Shown here piece by piece: positions 59,683 to 64,000 of a DNA stretch of 64,000 bases; the stretch's first letter is position 1; each line of letters begins with the position of its first letter. This DNA comes from Dipteris shenzhenensis. Lineage: Eukaryota. The translations under genes and the position numbers were made by a program. The notes under the pieces are model-generated. The model worked only from the letters and a program-made list of their open reading frames with translations, had not been told where the DNA came from and did not search any database. The stretch lies in NCBI GenBank assembly GCA_047967505.1, contig CM106538.1. One strand, 5' to 3'.

Positions 59683-61080
59683 ATGGTGAGGAGACCATAC
59701 ATGTACTTTGTGTCCCACAGGAGCAACAATACACTGGGTGAATGGTTGCCTTGCACCTACAGCTTGAATGATTGGATAGTCATGAGCGGATCTGCCAAGG
59801 GTCCACATAAGCTTCTTAAGAGAAAAAGAGGTGATATTTTGCATGAATGGAAGGGCCGCATCATGAAGTTCAAGCTTTGGAAGAAAGGATTACTTGCAAA
59901 TGTGCAACACATCTACATGGGGAAGGACATGTGCCTTCCTCCATCAAGCAATCATGAAGTTCAAGCTTGGGAAGAAAGGATTGCTTGCAAATGTGCAACA
60001 CATCTACATGGGGAAGGACATGTGCCTTCCTCCATCAAGCAATCAATCGACAATACCATCGCATTGTAAGTCTGCATTTTGTATAAGATTTTGAAGTGTA
60101 ATGAGTCAATTTGAAATTGTATTTTGAAATAGAACCAGTGTAATGAGTCAGTTTGAAATTGTATTTTGAAATAGCACTTGTGCATAGCAGATGCATTTCC
60201 TTCAGACTTTGAGGAGTGGGAACCAATCGAGTGCTTCTTAGGTAAGTTTACTACCATTCATGAGGATTTAGGAAGGCAAATGCATGCTGGAGAGAAGTCC
60301 TTTGCTTTCAAACAGAGAAATATCTATTGGTATAATGCCAAGTACATTACTCCAAGAACGACATCAGGCTATGGCCATCTTCAATGCATTGCAACACCAC
60401 AACTTGAAGACATGGATTGCAGCATGGTGGACACAAGAACAATGCAATTATATAAGGAAAAGATTGCAAAGGATGTGGGCATGGCCATGAAGTTTACATT
60501 TGGCTCTAAATGGGTAAGGTTGTCTTGGTTTATGCCTCTACACATTTTTGCTTCTTGTTTTTAGAATATCCAGATGCACAAAACAAAAACCATGTGGTCA
60601 TGCAAGTGCCTACATGAGAATTCCCTTGAGGAATTGCTTGGGGTGAATTGGGGACGCAGGTCAGGTGAACAAAAGGGTGATTTGTTTCTATGCCATGTAT
60701 GTAAGGACAATGTGGTTGTCAAGTACCACATCTCCTGCCAAATGTTATATTTTTCTTTCCAATATAGGTGTTGGAAGAAAATAGGTGGCAATTGGCTCCC
60801 CCTTCACTCTAACGATGATGATAATACCGGGGTAAGTTTATGTATTGCTTCTCATTTAGGAGATGTCAAGAATGTGACTGTCACATCACAATGGACTCTT
60901 AGGGACGTACGGGAACACCTATTTGTCATGGAGGATGGCATGTCTAAGTCCTTTCACTTTACCTTAAATGGTGAAAAGGTAGGAAAGCGTGCAGAGAAGC
61001 TCGTGCATAGTGCCACTTTTATCCCTCCTACAATATTGAAGATTGTAAACAATGTGGGGTGGAACAATTGTGGACTTTGA
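59683..61080 (+). pseudogene. Spliced gene remnant: BAH-like N-terminal domain and ubiquitin-like C-terminal domain
   Basis: Exon 1 is 59683-60065 and contains a frameshifting 91-bp duplication. A GTAAG..TAG/CAG intron at 60066-60187/60190 restores frame. Exon 2 is open to 61080 except for one TAG at 60562. Motifs: YSLNDWIVM, WKGRIMKF, VQHIY, FPSDFEEWEPIECFLGK and VTVTSQWTLRDVREHL..FHFTLNGEKV. Confidence 0.55.
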
Positions 61081-61302
61081 CATTTTCCAATTAATAGTGG
61101 TGCAATTAATTTTGATGTTTTGAATGGTTTTGTTTGATGTCAATGTCAAGTTTTTCTCAAAAATTTTATAATTCTTTTATTTTTTATATTTAGAACATTT
61201 GGGTATATATAGGTTATAAAGTTACTTTAGTTTCAAAGTTTCACTATCATAGCCATATTTCTCCTAGCTACCAAACTACCATGGATTCTGCTACGTCTTC
61301 CT

Positions 61303-63151
61303 TGTTGAGATATTGAGCTCCACTCGCGATGTGCCAGGGTGACCGTTGTGCATTTATGTCACCGACTTGTTAGCTATAGATGCGGTTGGTACACCGCCCA
61401 CGAATAATAGCTGGATGACAGCTATCCTTATCTACACTAGTTCGTGGCTCAGTTAGTATGCCACCTTAGTTAGTTGAGTTTGGTTTGAGACCCACATATA
61501 GGGTTCTTCTATTTCTTTGTACTAGAGTTCTTTTGGCTTTCACAACTAAGAAGAGGAAAACTGTTTTTCAGCCTCCACCTTTGTGTGTATTCCCCCATTG
61601 TGTATGTGAGAAAGCTGCAAGTGAGACTCCTTCCCTCTCTCCCACTATCTTCACATGGTATCAGAGCCTTGTTCGTGGTAAGGAGCTCAAGAAAGCAAAC
61701 AAGTTCGCAGTGTCCTGGTAAGAGGACCAGTGTTGCTTTCCTTTTTCGAGTTTGGGAGCAAATCTCTGTAGGTAGCACAGCCGGAAGTGCAAGAGTGCAC
61801 TGTCTCAGATTGAGACGCCCTTCGTGGTGTGGCGAGAGGGCATTATATGCTGCGGGAAAGGGCAAATCCCATCAGTGACTTTATTTTTCTGATTCGAGGT
61901 CATTTCGGGGCCCGTTTTGGAGGCGGAAGTTCTCCGCAGGCACTCAGGAAGAGGCCCTGTTTTTGTTGTGCGACCACTATTCTGTAGGTCGGTGAAAAGT
62001 TGCCACAGAAATTGCATCGTATGCCTGTAACGCAGAGATATTGGGAGTTGCAGAATCATCCTTATTGCCTATTGATGCAAAATCGTCACTAGGAAGTGAC
62101 TGTGTGGTCAAAAAACCACTTTTGTCAGGTTTGCAGATCTGCCCTTGTGAGGCAGAAGCTGTGTCTTTTGCAGTGATAGAATATTTTATAGTGTTCTATA
62201 ATGGCGTCTAATTCTCTTTCACAGATTGTCACTGAAAAGCTTGACAAGAACAACTTCCAAGCATGGAAGTTTAGAATGACGAATTTCCTTATGGGAAAAG
62301 GCTACTGGGAGTTCATTACAGGAAATGAAGAAGAACCAGTTGTTCCTAATGTTCCCAATCAACAGGAAATGCAGGCATTTAAAGGATGGCATGAGAGAGC
62401 CAGAAAATTTATGTACTGGTTGTCTATCAGTATTTCAGATTCAATGATTGTGCATATTCAGGATGCAAGTACGCCAAAGGTGGCATGGGATACTTTGGCT
62501 AAAATGTACAGCACAAATACGCAGGCCAGGAAAATACAGCTCAAGCAGGAGCTCAAGCAGGAGCTGCACAATGTGTAGAGAGAAAATATGAGCATCAATG
62601 ACTACCACATGAAGGTGAAGAAAATTGCGGATGCACTTGCTTCCATTGGGTCACCAGTGGATGATGATGATTTAGTTTCTGTGACCTTGAATGGTCTAGG
62701 AAAGGATTATGCACAGTTCCGGACATCCATTGCCGTCCGTGAAAAATTTCTTGATTTTTAGGAGTTGATTGCTCTTCTAATTTCTGAAGAGCAGAGAAAT
62801 GGTGGTGCATCTTCTTCAGGAGGAACTTCAAAAGAAACTGTCTTCTACTCAAATGCTGGAAGGGTTAGAGGCAGAGGTAGAGGAGACCGATCTGGAGGCC
62901 GTGATAGAAATCAGAATATGCAGCAAACTCAAGAAAACCAGTCCTATGCAGGAGGACGTGGTAACTCTAGAGGTAGGGGGAGCCAAAGAGGTCGTGGTGG
63001 ATGGCAGAGAGGCCAAATGCAAACAGCAATGTTGGATGCTACTACTGTGGTAAAATGGGGCATATGGCTAAAGACTGCTACAAAAAGCAAAATGACATTA
63101 TGAATGGAAAATTGCAGCAAGGCAATTATGCATCCTCTAGTAGACAGGGTG
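61303..63151 (+). mobile_element. Second Copia A-family copy (5' LTR 61303-61655, PBS, leader, gag), interrupted at 63152
   Basis: The LTR is the reverse complement of the element A LTR with scattered changes. PBS TGGTATCAGAGC at 61656. Confidence 0.95.
62201..63151 (+). pseudogene. gag: Copia A-family gag (stops, frameshift)
   Basis: MASNSLSQIVTEKLDKNNFQAWK...CYYCGKMGHMAKDC; near-identical to the gag of element A. Confidence 0.93.
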
Positions 63152-64000
63152 TGTTGGGATATCTCAAGGTGTATGCCTCAGGCACACCTTATGTTTCTAT
63201 GTGTGAGTGCTAGAGGCACAGTTAGGTGCCCACAAGCACAGTTAGGTGGTGGAAAAGCCACATAGGATGATTGAGTGAATCTAGGAGCAGATTGAGGAGA
63301 TGATTGTGGAGCTTTGAGGTCATCAGTGATGTCAGTGACCTTGTATGAGGTGCCTACTTAAGGACCTCTTTCTTCTTCATTCTATAAGCAAGTATTCTGA
63401 ATTTGTGTCAACTCTACTCTTTCCTTTCAGCATTCCAACATGGTATCAGAGCCATTTGATCCCCCTTGAGCCCATTTCTGCCACATCATCATCTTCTTCT
63501 TCATCTTCTTCTTCTCCATTTTCCTCTTTCTTCCCAAAATCTTTGAGAGCTTGGTTCTCCATCTACAAACGACCATTGCCCAAACCCTCTGAGCTGGAAA
63601 CTCCTCTAGTATGGGCGAACTTCCACCTGCAAGCAATTGAAGAAAAAACGTCTGTGGTGGCTGCCATTCTCCAAACAGCGAATTTCTTCTGTTGCTCAAT
63701 ACTCCCTGCCTGCTCTGCCATTGCCTGAGCCCTCTTAGGAGTAGATGGGCGACCTCAAGACGAAGATTTTGAGCCATTTTTCAAGTCATTTGGTTCAGTA
63801 ACGAGGGAGAAATCGTCAAAACTCAGTTTCAGCCTGTAGCAACTCTCCCGGGCAAAAGTGCGCACCATTTCGTCCAACCTCTGTGCTGGACCTTCTCTGG
63901 TATATGAGCTTTCTTTTGCTTCAGAAAGCCCTCTTTTCTTTGCTTTGAAGAGTGAGCTACAAGCCCTCCAAGTTCAGCTTTTCATTTTTGACAGTTTTGG
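63152..64000 (+). mobile_element. Start of another LTR retrotransposon nested in the gag (5' LTR 63152-63440, PBS, leader), running off the window
   Basis: TGTTGGGA...TTCCAACA inverted termini, then TGGTATCAGAGCC at 63441. The host gag breaks exactly here; predicted TSD GGGTG. Confidence 0.88.

Noticed and set aside
1-64000. The many 60-130-aa ORFs in the supplied track
   Set aside because: Most are antisense or off-frame shadows of TE genes, LTRs or repeats and have no independent support.

Overview
This window is eukaryotic, land-plant-type, repeat-saturated DNA, with no intact host gene, rRNA, functional tRNA, CRISPR array or prokaryotic operon that I can support. All coordinates, TSDs and mismatch counts were read by eye and may be off by a few bases. 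(1) A four-layer nest spans 10.7-20.1 kb: an old Copia gag is split by a non-coding LTR element B (325-bp LTRs, TSD GGGTT). B is split at its PBS by a ~1.1-kb TIR element (9-10-bp TSD, Mutator-like), which is split by a full-length decayed Copia A (353-bp LTRs, TSD CACAT). (2) A very young Copia C (identical 257-bp LTRs, TSD TCATA) sits in a ~182-bp tandem repeat. It has an internal gag-protease-integrase deletion, an intact RT-RNaseH ORF and a leader array of ~26 TGACGT(GG/GT)C motifs. (3) A near-intact Copia D (identical 171-bp LTRs, TSD TGAAA) sits in a DDE transposase that resembles Sola2; a second, diverged Sola2-like fragment lies at 38.6-39.4 kb. (4) A decayed Helentron/Helitron2-type Rep-helicase lies at 42-46 kb. 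(5) The rest is Ty3/gypsy fragments, solo or truncated LTRs and minisatellites. The most novel-looking signal is at 57-61 kb, just downstream of the Sola2-like transposase. It is a head-to-head pair of decayed non-retroviral genes: a coiled-coil/RING-H2-like gene on the minus strand and a spliced BAH-like plus ubiquitin-like gene on the plus strand. These could be chromatin/ubiquitin accessory cargo of a large DNA transposon. Those domain calls are motif-level inferences from memory and need profile searches.
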